64,000 bases of DNA. Origin: the human T2T-CHM13v2.0 reference genome, Homo sapiens. Made by a program: the position numbers and the translations under genes. Shown piece after piece: positions 28,131 through 42,738 of the stretch. Each line of letters starts with the position of its first letter. Position 1 is the stretch's first letter. The notes under the pieces were generated by a model. That model saw nothing but the letters and a program-made list of their open reading frames with translations. It made no database searches and was not told where the DNA came from. The stretch lies in the NCBI RefSeq assembly GCF_009914755.1, contig NC_060934.1; one strand, written 5' to 3'.

Positions 28131-31100
28131 GCCCATATCCACACTAGCTGTCTAAGTACAGGGACTTTCACTTGTTTTATTCACTGCTCTAACCTCCACC
28201 CCCGCCAACCTCAGAATGGCCCTTTGTTGTCAGTCCTTTGCCTCAGGGGGTGACTCTTCAATCTCTACACCTTGAATGAGCTGCTGCCATTCTAACCAAC
28301 AGGTGCCTTCGGGTCATTTTTTATGCAACTTTCAGGGTCAGAAATTGTGGGTCCTTGATTTAATCCAATTACAGTTCCCTTTCCCTTATTTAGGATAGAA
28401 AGCAACAAGCTCTCCCTAATCTATTTATGGACACATGTGTTGAAAGAGCTAACAAACTGGGATTCTAAACTAACCCTATGCAAGGAATCACTGGATGCTC
28501 CTCACTCCCCCGCAGTGCAGATATTTCACAGGACGGTGCAGCAACTTTGGCATCTGATTATTAGAAACACCAGTCCTAATCTTACTTGTTCCTACAAGAA
28601 AGAAAAATTTTTACATGGACCCTGCCAGATCTTCGGGAATTTTCCCAAGGTTCTCCCATAAGTATCTTGTTGCAGCTGCTAATCCTGTGCTATCTCAAAG
28701 TGAATTTGATATATTGTCAAGCCAGGGGTCTGAGTCCACAGACTATGAGGAAACAGAGCTGTGGGATGCAGCCAGGCCAACAGCAAGGGCTGTGTAGTGG
28801 ACAATCAGCAGGTCTCCTGACTCCACAAATACTCTGCCCTCCTCAGCACAGCTGTGAGCAGCTAATATAAATTCACCTTGGTCAACCTTCAAGTGTAGAG
28901 TGGAAGAGGCCCCAGCAGGGTAGATGGGCTTGAAGAGGATGGAATGCTTTGAGAAAAAATTTGGCAAGACTAAGGAACAAGTGGCAAATGTTCCAACCAC
29001 AGATTACTAATGTTGCTCAAAGACTTGTTGAAATAAAATGCAAATCTCCTGATGGAAGAGCATTTTTGTAACAGTTTCCAATGAGTTCAGCAATCAGAAG
29101 GCTGGAGCCTTAAGCAAGAGTCAATCAATCTATCCCATTCTGCCGTACTGGGCTCACCTTGGGATCCAGCTGGACTTCCAGACAATTGGAAAGAAGATGA
29201 CAACAGCCTCTTGTACCAATTTGCTGACTCTTCCTATGCACCAGCTCAAAGGAATGGAGGTCCTGCCCTCCTGACAGCTGCTCATGATTAAAGGAGTGCC
29301 CAGCCCAATCCCCCAAAGAGGAAAGCAAGTGCATGACAGTCAGCTGGTGAGCCAGACAATGGTCCTATAGGGTCCTGATGGTGGACTCTGCTGCTCTGTG
29401 CTCAGGTTTTCATGATAGGGAGGAGAAATGAGACTTCCATCCCTTCCCAGGAAGGTGCAGGACTGGAATGATGCTGCCCCTCTCTGCCCTCTCATCTGCA
29501 TTCACCACCTCCCTCACCCCTGGTGGACAAGGAAAAGCTCCTGATCCAGGTGAGCTTCTGACCACAGCCCCCCTCTGGGTGATAGGAATGTGGTAAAGAA
29601 CTTTTTCCAAGTAGACTCTGTCCTGCCCTGTGCTCTGAGACTGGTCTCCCAGCAAATAGCTGGCATGGGGGCAAATGCTGTGGGGCCCCTTGGGACAGTC
29701 TCATCACCCCAGCTGCTGGGAGTGACACCAGCCCTGCCTCTCACGGAGCCCCACCTGTGACCACTCCTGCACACACTCCTCTACCATCCGTCCTGTGTCC
29801 AGGGAGACCATGACAAGGGCAGTGCAAGGACCCTGACCTCCTGCTCCCACAGTGCACAGGCATGTAGTCCCCATGCTGGGGTGGGGGGTGGGGAAAGGGG
29901 AACAGGCAGGACAACTGTTCAGGGAAGTAGAAGGAAGCCCAATTTGATCTCAGTGCCAAGCCACCTATCTCAGTACAGCTGTTATCGGAACTAAAGTGGG
30001 TTTTTATATCTGATGGGTCAGGTCTCACAGTGGAGGGAGGGGTGATGAGTGCTCAGAAGCTAAATTGTCAGCTGACCTACTGACTGCTTTGTCATTGCCT
30101 TGGGACCCTAGCACCCAATGGGCAGAGCCCATGAGAGTTTCCGGGGAGGCAGTGGCCCAGATGACAGAGCTACAGGCCACTCTGGGGCCTCCCCAGGAGC
30201 ACAGAATAGGATGAAATCTAATAAGGGACAAGTTGTGAAATCCATCACGTCACTGCCCCTCTGTTGAAGAAAGTGGCCACAGGATCAAACAGTCAGGAAG
30301 AATGCAGCCCAGAGGTACTGAGACAAACCGATTCTATCAACTGCATGTCTAGAGGAAGCAGGCTGGAAAGAAAGAGCCTCAGTCAAGTCCCCTTTGATGG
30401 GACCTGGGGGGAAACCATCACTCAGAGAGGTGTGAAAACCGAGAGCCCTAATTCCTGCCTTGGAAAGAACACCCTGCCAACTTCCCTGGGGAGGGCATGT
30501 TTCACAGGTGAGTTCACACCAAGACCCTGTGACAATGCCCTCTGGGTGCCAAGGGGCCTCTGGTTCTTTCGGGGTCCCCCATTCACCAAGGACGCTGACA
30601 TGCTTTGTCTAGACTGACCTTACTCACCCACGGAAGTGATGGCCAAAAATTCCGAGAGGTCCTGGGAAGGCTCCATTTTTCCTGAAATTCTCTCCCACTG
30701 GCGCCCCTAATTCCTTTAACAAAGAATCTTACAATTAACAAAGCTTAAATTGCAACTCTAGGCTATATCCAAAGTCAGGTGCACATTTCTGACACGGAAA
30801 GCCTTCCAGAACGCAGGATTCGATGGAGAGGAAAGTGGTGGGGCCCTGGCGGGCCAAGAGGAAGAACGAGGCAGGAGGGAGCAGGAGCCAGGATGCAGGG
30901 AAGGCAGGCAGCTGGGCTCAGGAGACATGCCTTCCCTTTCCGTGCCTACCCTGGCCAGGGTAGCTGAAGCCTTCTCCCAGACTCTACAGATCTTGTCCTT
31001 AGCAGGTGCTGCCTTCCTTAGTGCTCTAAAGCCATATTTTTAAACTTTACTGTGCAGAAGAATCAACTGGGCTCTTATTAAAATGAAGACTCCCAGGCAT

Positions 31101-31420
31101 TGCCCCTGAGTTTCTGAGAGGGTTTGGGACTCTGCCTGAAGAGGGAGTTCACCTCTCAGGAAATTCTGAGGCTCCAGGCCCGAGGACCCTACTTGGAGAG
31201 TCTCTGTCATGTGCACTCCTAGAAGAAAGACTGAGTACAAGGAGATGTGGGAGAGGAGAGTCCTGCTGTGAGAAACCAGGCCCTGGGCCTCAGTGTCCTG
31301 TCCAATCCAGGAGAGGGTTTAGAACTCAAAACTAAACCAATGCCTCTTCTATTTAATCTAGGGAAAACAAGAGTAATAAGGATAAGGAGTGATCCTGCCA
31401 CAGAAGTGTTATCTACAAAG

Positions 31421-32274
31421 TGATACGGGAGTGCTGGGAAGAGAAGAGTATGGTCCCTTTGAACAATATGGAAAGGGGAAGGGGCGTGCTGGGTAGAGGA
31501 GGGCGTGGTCCCTGGCTAGGGCTCCACCTCCACGGACCTAGGTGAGGACAGGCATTTCCTGCCCAAATATTGCATTTCCCAAGACCACTCTGGCCTGCCA
31601 CGCCCCCATCCTGGGCCTATAAAAAGTTGAGAACCTAGCAAGGCAGAGACAGACGCAGTCAGACATCGAGAGGAGCACGTCACCGGAAGAAGACGCAAGC
31701 GGCTTGGTAGTCCAGAGAACATGGAGCAGATTATGCCAGCAGAAGAGCACACAGACAGGCACTGGTATGTAGGCAGGACATCGACCAGTGGGACCAGGCA
31801 CCAGGCAGAGTTTGGCCGAGGCAGTCAGAAGAGAGCTGGGGCCACAGAGCAGCCCAACTCCAGGGGAAAACCGTCTCCCTTCTACCTCCCCCATTGACTG
31901 GGAGCTACTTGCACTCAATAAAACTTGGAGAATAAGATATTCTCCAAGCGCACATGTGATCTGATTCTTCCAGTACACCAAGGCACGAACCCGGGATACA
32001 GAAAGCCCTCTGTCCTTGAGACTAGGTGGAGGGTCTTAATTGAGCTACAGGCAGCCTATAGTCGGCAAAATAAGAGAGCACCCCATAACACATGCCCACT
32101 GGGGCTTCAGGAGTTATAAACATTCACCCCTGGACACTGCCGTGGGGTCGGAGCCCCACAGCTCCTGCCCATCTGTATGCTTCCCTAAAGGTTTGAGCAG
32201 CAGGGCACCAAAGAAGCCAGCCACACCCCTATCGCATGCACTGGTAGGGGGACAAGGGAACTTTTCCCGTTTCA
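31421..32274 (+). mobile_element. ERV1 solo LTR (LTR1/LTR27/MER52-related family), 854 bp
   Basis: TGATAC...TTTCA termini; 4-bp TSD AAAG; GC boxes, TATAAAA at 31618-31624, AATAAA at 31917-31922. Confidence 0.88.
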
Positions 32275-32627
32275 AAAGGACCCTGAAAGAGCACCTTTTA
32301 ATAGCATGTCTCAATGTAGAAAATGATGTGCAGAACACAGCTTTCAAGAAACAATGATTTTTAAAAGAGCAGAACATGTGTAAGGATGGACGTGTCTTCC
32401 CAAGGAGTCAACTGCCTGTCTTGGAAACTGGAGACAATTTGAATTGAAGCCTTCCTCCAGTGGTGATCTAATGTTTCACACCCTTCCTCTCTCTATGGAA
32501 TGTGTGGCTTTAAAATCCATCACTGTGCACCAGACCATGCCTTATTCTACCTTGTTCATTATCTGTGTCTGTTTTCTTCACTTTCTAGAATCCTTCTTGG
32601 CCCATAGTTCAAGTCATAGTTACTCTT

Positions 32628-32929
32628 TTTTTTTTTTTTTTTTTTTTTGAGATGGAGTCTTGCTTCGTCGCCCAGGCTGGAGTGCAGTGGCAAGATCTAG
32701 GTTCGCTGCAAGCTCCTCTTCCCGGGTTCGCGCCGTCCTCCTGCCTCAGCCTCCCAAGTAGCTGGGACCACAGGTGCCTGCCATAACGCCCAGCTAATTT
32801 TTTGTATTTTTAGTAGAGATGGGGTTTCACCATGTTAGCCAGGATAGTCTTGATCTCCTGACCTCGCGATCCGCCCACCTCGGCCTCCCAAAGTGCTGGG
32901 ATTACAGGCGTTAGCCACGGTGCCCGGCC
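32628..32929 (-). mobile_element. AluY-like
   Basis: gcaagctcc...cccgggttc and ttagccaggat diagnostics; long poly(T); perfect 15-bp TSD gtcatagttactctt (32613-32627, 32930-32944). Confidence 0.95.
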
Positions 32930-35478
32930 GTCATAGTTACTCTTAATGAATGAATGAAATGAACGTGATACAGTGGGGTAAGTACACCTTACCAGGACTA
33001 TGACATTGTTACTTTCCGGAAAGCTAGGAGAGGGGCCAGGGTCAGGGGGTCCCACCCTGCCCAGCAACAGTCCTTCCCCTGGAGCCTCAGAAGCAGTGGG
33101 GTTGCGCCAGCACACCTGGCTGCAGAGGCTAACTTCTCCACAAAATTCTGGCCTTGGAGTTGCAGGCTTTGTGTCTGTCATGATTTATTTTATGGCCTCT
33201 GGGAGTTTAGTTTCCTACAGAATGGAAGCAGAAAGTCCAAAGATGATTCCTAACCAGAAGGTGATTCTTCTTAAACAGAAGATGATTCTTAAGTTCCCTC
33301 AAGCTGAAAGGAAGCGGAAGAAGTTAAGGAGCCTGATCCCTGGCAAGTAGGCCTTGCTAATTTGCACCAGGAGAGAGCAAGTACCACCCTGCTCCAGGTC
33401 CCTCAGGCAGCATCTTACACAGGTTTTAATAGGAGAGGAAAATGTAAAGGGGCTGGAAGAGGATGGTGATGTGAAGTATGCAGAAGAAAAGATCCTTAAG
33501 TAAAACAAAGATGAGCCAACACCTTTGTCCCAAATTCAAATTCAATGTATTCAGTTCACTCTCCCTTCTTATTCAACAATGGATGAGATGGTTCCCAAGG
33601 AAACAGCTCTTAAAATGTAGCTGTGTCCTTGCTGTTTATAACTGGATCAACATTCTCAGTGGCAGGGGGTGGGGGGCGTGCCACTGCAGCCCCAGGGAGA
33701 CACAGAGACCTTCTCTGTTTCTGCTCTCAGGCGCTGGCCTATTGCTTCCTTTCTCCCTTGCCTCTCCAAGACTTAGGTCAAAGGCAGTCTCCCCTGGGGC
33801 TCAAATAAAGCCATATATGTCAGTAGGACCTCTGAGTGACCTGCAGGCAGCAGCCGATGAGAAACAATGAAACTCCAGCTTTGTCTAGCTTATGCCGCCC
33901 TTTCCTACCGCATTCAGTCCAAGACAAATTCCAGCAAACCAAGCAAAAGGGCAAACAAAAAAAATGAAATAGACTTCCCATGGCAAGGCGGTCGGAAAAG
34001 AAGTCCACATTCTGAAAGTGAAGGAGCTACAGAGCACAAAGGCTATCTTTATGTCCCCAATGAGAAGCTAGGAAATACTGAAACCTAGGGCTTGGTCACT
34101 GGTCCTTTACACACACAAGTCCAGGATAGGGCTATATATCCACTTGCTACTACCTTCCACTCCTAGTTGCCATTTTCTCTGCCATGTCTCCAGAGAAAAA
34201 GAGCTTGGATCACTCATTCACTCCTCCATCTAAAAAGTCATCATTGGGCCCCTTCTGTGTACATGCACCACATAACATGTGAGGGTGCATTTCGGAAGGC
34301 CCCGGCAGGGTCCTTGGTACCAAGGTCCCCAGCTGGGTCCATCTTTCCAACCATTCCTCTTGTTGCTGCCCACTCCTGTCCCCCAACAATTGCAAACATG
34401 CATCTAAGTCCATTGAGTTACTTTTGCATGCCTCTCTGGCCTCTTGCAACACTTTTGAGCAGGCTGTCGTCTCTACTGAAACAGCACAGCCCAGGGCTGT
34501 CTGCTGAAGCTCTCCTGTGCCCCAAGCGAAGTCCCACATCCTCCATGTGACCTTCTCCCATGGTCCAGCAATGTGTCCTCATCTCCCTTACTCCCATGTC
34601 AGCCTCACCCCCTCGTCTGGCCCTTTCACACTCTTTCTGTTTGCTACCTCCATAACGTCTATTAAATCTATAACCACATCTACACCATGGCTTCTCCCCT
34701 ATGTTATGAGGCTGGGGCCCCAGGAGGGCAGGCATCAAACATCTCCATCTGTACCTCTCTTTGGGAAAGGCACAGTGATGACAGGCTCATAAACTGGGGC
34801 TTCATGCATGTTTGTGAGATTAAGTTTTTAATCTAAACTCTTCCAAGACCATGGCAGTTGGAATGAGGGTAGGTACGATGAAGAATTGTTTAAAGTGGTG
34901 TTTAAATTACACTCTGGTTGTCAATTTGATTCCTTTGAGTGTCTGGACCTGTTGACACTTTAAACACCATGATGTGTGTTTGCTTAATTAAGCAGAAGCC
35001 CTAAATGTTTAGTAAATCTCATTCCTCATTATCTGTTCCATGTCTCCCGAGAAAAAGGAATTATTTCGTTAATTTCTTCCACTAAAACTTGCAGTATCAG
35101 TTCCCTGTGGTAGTAACTTCAGATCTAATCATTAAATTTCCTCTCACACTTTGGGGTTAAACAGTCAGATGAGAAACCATATTATAATTTCATCTTTGCC
35201 CCCACATACTTTTAGGGTGACAAACAGTTTTTTCCATTTGCTTTGTCCAGTCTCCACATTAAACCTTACTTACATAATGTTAAGTCAAATAACAATTTGG
35301 CTTGTTAAAATACACTATGTGGGTTTAGAGTGAATTACGATTAAACTGCAGGAGACATCCCTTGCAAATTGCTTCTATTATTAGCATTTTCACTGCTGAT
35401 AAAGACCACTCCATCTAAAAGCAGGAAGATTTATTTTGGCTCAGAAGGTTAGACTGCTTCTGAATCTGTGGGTTGTAG

Positions 35479-35837
<359 letters not shown>

Positions 35838-37269
35838 GAAGATCATGTTTTTTGAAGTCTTGGGGATCAAAGCTGTGGCCTCCCTAAGAGCAGGAGCCTC
35901 TTAGGGAGGCTAATGACTACATCACTCCTGTGAACACCAGCAGCACACGCTCCCTGGGGTGAAGGCCCAGGAAGTGCACTCAGGCTATGGCCCTGCAAAC
36001 CTGTCTCAACGCTTTCCACGGGAACCTTAGGACACGTGGCACTCAGGGCTACAGCTGGGGCCCATCTTTCACCAGGAGCCCCTTGGACACTTATGCTTCA
36101 TCTTGGAATCTCTCCAGGCAGCACCTGAAGAAGCAAGCAAGCTTAAGGGTTCGCCCTGCCCCATGCCCACCGGGGGCCTCCTCCTGCTGAGCAAGTCTAC
36201 AGAATCTGTGCTTCCAGAGGCACCAAGCCAGATCCGTCCCCTAGGGAGAAAAGTCTAGAGGTGATGGGATGTCAAGCACAATGGAGGAGGCACAAAGGTG
36301 GAGAGATTCCCAAAGCTGAGGGAGCAAAGGAAGGTAAAAAAAAAGGACAGAACACAAACCACAATGTCTTAGACTTGGGGACAAAGGGTCAAGGGTGCGT
36401 AGAGGGGCAATCAGGCCCTAGACATGAGAGAAACAGGAAGACAGCAACTGAAGTTATCAAGGGCAGGTCTGAGGCTCAGCACATGGCCCAGCAGCACTGA
36501 GCATGCAGGACAGACATGGGTGGACACAGTCTGTGCAACACAGGGCAAAGCAAAGTGCTTTTCTTCAGGAAGTATCATTATTTGAAAAGATATTTACCAT
36601 AACTAGCTATATATTATTTTTCACTTACATGAGACATTTTGGCCCCCTAAAATATGAAATTGTCATCTCATTTCAAAGGTGACCTTGGAGTTTACCCTGA
36701 AGAGGACAAGAACAAGTTGTCTGCATCTCAATACTTACCTAAAATTGTGACTCAACTACTTCAGCAAAACTATTAACTGCTCTTTGTTTGTTTGCGTGTG
36801 TTCTTGTTTTTGTTTTTTTCTCTGGCCTAAGGGCATCAAGAACCAAGAGTATTTGGGAATCTCAACACTAGGCTATGATGCCTGCCAGGTATGAAACAAG
36901 TTCCAATTCAGTATGCCCTGGACACTCTCAATGTAAATAAGCCACCCCTTGGAGAGAGGGAGACATGGCTGAGCAGTGCACCTCCCTGTTGAAATCATCC
37001 CAACCCCCCTGCTTATGCTCCCTCAATTCTCATCCCGTTTTCCTTGTGCCACCCCCTTCAGCCTTGCTATGCCCCCACAGTGCTGGGCACACAGCCCTCA
37101 GGCCTCAGCCTTCCTCACCAGCCTTGGGGCTGGGCAGGGCATTATTGTGCACTCCACTTCATCACGTCTCACCTGCAGTGAGGCTACACCTGCATCTGGC
37201 CTGCTCGTGATGAATGAGTGAAAAGTTGCTACACATATTTACAGAGTTAGACCCCTGGGTGTCATCCCA

Positions 37270-37807
37270 AAGCTCTCTCCATCATTCACATCCAGTCCAT
37301 CAGTAAAGACTTCACATCTGACCTCTTAATGTCTCCCCATTCCTACTGCCAAAGTTAGTCCTCCATCATTTCAAGCTCGTGCAACTACAAAAGACCCCAC
37401 TTCCTCCTCCTCTAATCTGATTCCCCCCAGATCCATGCTCCAGGGAGCCAACATTCAAAAGGCTTAGAATGCTTTGTAAGCTTCCAGGCCTAATGCAGAG
37501 TCCCCAAAGCCCTGGCATGAGCTGCAGTGCCTGTCCCTCTGGACATCCATGCCGCCCCCACATAAACCACCAAGGTCATCTCCAACATTGCCCTCTCCCT
37601 CAGCTCTTAAGGGACCCTGCGGTGTGTTCCCACAGTGCCCTGTGTGCATCCTGTCCCCTGCACTCACACTGCAAAACCCCATGTGTTTGTGTGTCTGCCA
37701 CCCCATAGGCAGATCCACCCATGTGTTTCTGGGTCTCCATTATTGCAACAGCCTGGCACGCAGTAGGTGTTTGATAACATGCACACTGAGTGAAGGGATA
37801 AATGAAT
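37270..37807 (+). mobile_element. L2 3' fragment
   Basis: cacatccagtccatcagtaa...cagcctggcacgcagtaggtg...aaatgaat, L2 3' end motifs. Confidence 0.6.
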
Positions 37808-37949
37808 TTACCTAGCGCTGATGGACATCATCAATACTATTTTCTGGTGCTATTTCTTCACTGAGCCGAGCAAACCTTCCTCAATAGAATGGATCCTGTC
37901 TCTGAAGGCGGTTGCTCATTTCCTCATCACATTTGCCTCTCTTCTCTAG

Positions 37950-38670
37950 CTTAAATCTGTCTGTCTGGAAATGAAGTTCCCAAAGCTGACTGTGTAGTCC
38001 CAGTTAGGGTCTCACCAGTGTAGTACCTACGACACAATCACCTCCTTCTCAGGGGCTCCAGGTCGATTTGTATGTGGATGGAAACACCACCAGCTGTTGA
38101 GATGCAGTCTCACGTTGCAAATGCATGGCTGATTCGCTGCTATTATCACTCCGAATCCTTTCGCAGAGAGAGCCTCCCAGCAGCATCCAGCAATGCTTAA
38201 GATTTGTTTTCCCCACATGTATTGCTGTGCTGTTTTTCAAATTGAATTTCATTTTGTTATTTCCTGCCTATATTTCTTACCGCTCTGGAATCATTTTTAT
38301 CATGTGTGATTTCTCACTGATGTTAAGAACATTTCCCAATTTTGCATTTTCTAGAAAGTTCATTAGGGTGATGTGGGCTTCTTTTTCAATGTTATTGATA
38401 AAACAATCAAAGGAAATCAAACCTAACATTGACCCTCATGATTTCCACTAGAAACCTCTCCAGGGGTTTCCGATGCCATGTGTCACTTAGGACTTTTCAA
38501 TCCATTTTCTCTCTAAGCAGGATTTCTCACCCAGTGAAATCATCACATGGCACAGGCAATTGGAGAAACTGCGTCTTTTTCTTTGCCTTTCCTTTTACCA
38601 TTGGGTAATAAAAACGACATCAACAAGTTCATCTGGCATGAGATTCTGTGAATAAGCCAGGCATGGCTCC
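37950..38670 (-). mobile_element. L3/CR1 RT fragment (opposite-orientation piece at ~38985-39120)
   Basis: Minus strand carries CR1 RT-like gaggtttctagtgg (EVSSG), ttttatcaataac and tcatgccagatgaac (SCQxN). The plus piece starts ttttttgataggtt (FFDR). Confidence 0.55.
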
Positions 38671-38713
38671 ACTGTTCTCCAGAGATTCTGTCCCTTTCAT
38701 TCTTCATGTGCTA

Positions 38714-38998
<285 letters not shown>

Positions 38999-39159
38999 TT
39001 AACCAGTAAGGATCATGAAAAAGCCACGGTTGCCTCAAAGCTGGCTTTTAATAAGATAACTGACAGTCTCTAAGGGTAGCTGTATGGGCTAGATGGAAGA
39101 TGTGGTCAAGATAAAAACTGAAATAGTAGGTTAAAACTCACAGTAGTGTCATACAGAAA

Positions 39160-41020
39160 GGGTACAGGTAGTACTGGCCAATGCAATATGGTTAGAAAAA
39201 TAATGAGATACTAATTCATAGATACTATTGAAATGCAACTGAGAAACACCACATCTGAAATAATAAGTTAACTCATTATGTTGCCAAATATAACTCAACA
39301 AAAGTCAAACTTTCTATATACCAGCAATACCGATTTAAAATCTTCACATACATGTGTCTGCATAGCAGGAGATGGTATATCCTAATTACAATTATAAAAT
39401 ACCTAGAAGTAAATATAATAAAAATGTTCGAGAGTCATGTGAAAAAAAATTGTACTGAAAGACATTTAAAAAAAAAACCCTGACTACATGAAGGAATACA
39501 ACAAGTTCCTGGATAGGAACATTTAAAATCATAAAGATGTCTAAGATGAATATGCCCATAACAAAGTAACCTAAGAAGCCAATGAAATCCCAATCAAACC
39601 CCAATGTAATTTTTACAAAACTGGGTAAGTGGATCCTCAAGAGCATCTTAAAGAAAAACTAAATGTATAAGAATAGCTAAGAATTTAAAAAATAATGAGG
39701 ATATTTGCCCTATTCTATAATAATTAGAATAGTGCTATATTGGTGAAGTGTACAAAGTTTTCATTTAAATATAGGGATTTAGCTTATGAAAAATGTGACA
39801 TGTCAAGCTAGAAAAATACCTCTTCAACAGACAGTGTAGGGATAACATTTTAGCCTTTTGTAAAGAAAAAATAAATTAGCTACTATATACCTTATATAAA
39901 AAAACAGATTCCAAAGAGATAAAGGAGTAAAGCTTTCTTTTAATCATCTAAAAATATTAAAGAAAAATATGGAAAACACTTTTATAAGCTTGGGGCAGGG
40001 AATCCTTTCCAAGATTCGATACAAAACCAAGGTACCATGTACAATGTATTGAATGTAAATTACATTTCAATAAAAAATTCCACTAGAAAAGAATGCCACA
40101 AAGGAAAAAATATCAAATTTGACTACATAAATATCCAGAAATGTGAAATATCTATACGGTAAAAGAAAATATAAACAACGTGGAAAGAAAAGTAACAAAC
40201 AGGAATAAAATTTTGTACCATATGTAATAGCTAAAAAATTAATGATCAGATCTACACACACACGTACACATATATAAAAAAGACAGCAACCCATTTATTA
40301 AGGTTATGGCCAGGAAATTCACAGAATAAATAAATGAACCATGAATAACAATGTTCAACCTTGCTAATAATTGAATACAAAAACAGAAATTAAATTGCAC
40401 TGTATTGTATTGAATATAATAATCGAAATTAAAACAATGAAATATTTTTCCAATTGTGATAAATAATGGAAAAGATTAATAATATTGATTGTTAAAGAGG
40501 CTTCAGGGAAATATCATGCAATGATGGTCAGAGTATAAATTTGTAAAGTCTTTTCAGTGATAGCATTTTGGCATTGTCTACAAAAATTTTAAATATGCTT
40601 AGCCTTAGGCCCAGCAATTCCCTTTCCAGGAATCTAACTAACAGATACACTTGGAAAGATGTACAAGGATTTCACTGAAGCACTGTTTGTGTTGGTGAAA
40701 CACTGGAAGATTCCTAAGTGTCTATCACTGCGGGAATGATTGGATACAGTTTGGTATTATCTCACTATATAATACCAGTTACAAAAGAATACATGTAATA
40801 TCACCAACAACTTATAAAGCAATACATGCACTATTGTTAAAATACATGTGTGTCTGCGTGTGTGTGTGTGTGTGTGTGTATGAATGTCAATAGGAAAGAG
40901 ATTTGAAAGATCTAAACCAAATTATTGACAATGATTATCTCTGGGGATGGGAGTGGAACTGGGGATATTAGGTAGTGGGTAGGAGAAAGATATTTGCGCA
41001 TTTTAGTTTTTGCATTGTTT
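39160..41020 (+). mobile_element. Old L1M(E) ORF2 3' part and 3' UTR; contains a (TG)n at ~40846-40879
   Basis: tttctatataccagcaa, aaaatacctagaagtaaat and cccagcaattccctttccaggaatcta L1 motifs. Confidence 0.75.
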
Positions 41021-41025
41021 GACTC

Positions 41026-41311
<286 letters not shown>

Positions 41312-41741
41312 AACTCTTTTATGTATAATATTTTTGACATCATCACTGTGCCACAGCAGCTTGAAAAACAACGGCATGACCACATAATGTTGTGTCTACA
41401 GTGCTAAAAACAGAAGCTACAAGATGTTGCCAGTGGGAGAGCACTCCATGGGCTGGCATGCCCAAAGAAGGCATTGATGGAAGATGAAAGCTGGATGTGG
41501 AGCCCCAAAAAATATGTATGATTGAAATAGGTCAAGGGAAAGAGAGGTAAGGCATCCCAGAGAGGGTGACTACATCCACCAAGTCACGCCTACTTCAAAG
41601 TCATCCACAGCAACAGTTGCTAATGACACTTGACAAAGAACATTTTATTCATTCATCAAGTATCTATTGAGGATCAACTGTGTACCAGGCACTGTTGCAG
41701 GCATTCATTGTTATCATCATCATCCTCAAAAAGTATATGAT

Positions 41742-41854
41742 TGTGTTAGTCTGGGATCCCAGAGAAACAGAACGAACACACCCAGAAATAATGTTTTACC
41801 TGCTATCTGGGCATCGTTTAGCCTAGTCAAGTCAACACATAAAATTAACCAACA
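41742..41854 (-). mobile_element. Internally deleted MLT2 (ERVL) LTR
   Basis: Both MLT2 ends (tgtgttagtc...cagagaaacagaac and agtcaagtcaacacataaaattaacca) joined within 113 bp. Confidence 0.75.
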
Positions 41855-41859
41855 CTCTT

Positions 41860-42410
41860 ATGTAGACCAATCCGTGGGGAAAAGGCATTTTCAATGCTGG
41901 TGGTAATATAAATTTGTAAACTATTTTAGAGGTCAATTCACTTCTTGAAATTGTGTCCATTTTTAATTTGGGTAGATCTTTGGACCCGGCAATCTTATTT
42001 CCAGGATTTTATGCTAAGGTCAGGGATATTCATGGAGATTTATTGACAAAGATTTACAGCAGCTTCAAATGTCCAGTAACAATAAGCAGGAAGCTAAATT
42101 GAGGTCCACCTGCATGATGGAACATTATTCCATCATTAACATTATGTTTTTGAGGCATATTTAACAAGGGAAAATGTGCACACTATTTAGTAATATCAGA
42201 AAAGCGAGTCACAGAACACTCTTTACAGTAAGATTGAAATTAGGTTTTAAATTTTAATTTGCATAAAATGACAGGAAGGATTTGCACTGAAATGTTAAGT
42301 TGAGTAGAGATATGGTAAGTCATTTTTATTTTCTTCTTTAAACCCTTTCAGTATTTTTCCATGTTTTCTATAATTGAACTATATTACACTATATTACTTT
42401 TGCAATAGAA
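41860..42410 (+). mobile_element. L1ME 3' fragment
   Basis: aatgctggtgg, tttggacccggcaatc, aaatgtccagtaac, aaatgttaa L1 3' motifs. Confidence 0.6.
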
Positions 42411-42619
42411 AACAACCAACATATGGAAATCAGGACAGATAATAAGAGCCAACACTCCTATGGCTCTTCTCAGAACTGGGAGTTATTTTTTAAATATATC
42501 ATCGCAAGTCACCCTCCATGTGCTGGGCGAGGTGTTCATGACAGGGAAATGAGGAGAGACCAGGCACCAGCCTTTCTTTCTGGGAGTTTCCAGTGAAAGA
42601 CAAGCAATTTTATCTCACA

Positions 42620-42738
42620 TCAAGAACTCTGCAGGAAGGAGGCCATGGTTAAGTCTGCGGTGAAGGGCAAAGAGTGAGGTAGTATTACAAGGGAAATCCC
42701 AAGAAAAGCTCCCCTCTCCACTGGATGGCTGGAGACTC
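42620..42738 (-). CDS. VSTM4: VSTM4 alternative terminal coding exon (short 191-aa isoform; GVSSHPVERGAFLGISLVILPHSLPFTADLTMASFLQSS*)
   Basis: Branch point CTAAC (branch A at 42770), pyrimidine tract and acceptor cctccctcctttcaacag|G. Phase-1 splice from exon 2 gives 39 codons then TGA; 152+39=191 aa, the length I recall for the annotated short isoform. Confidence 0.75.
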
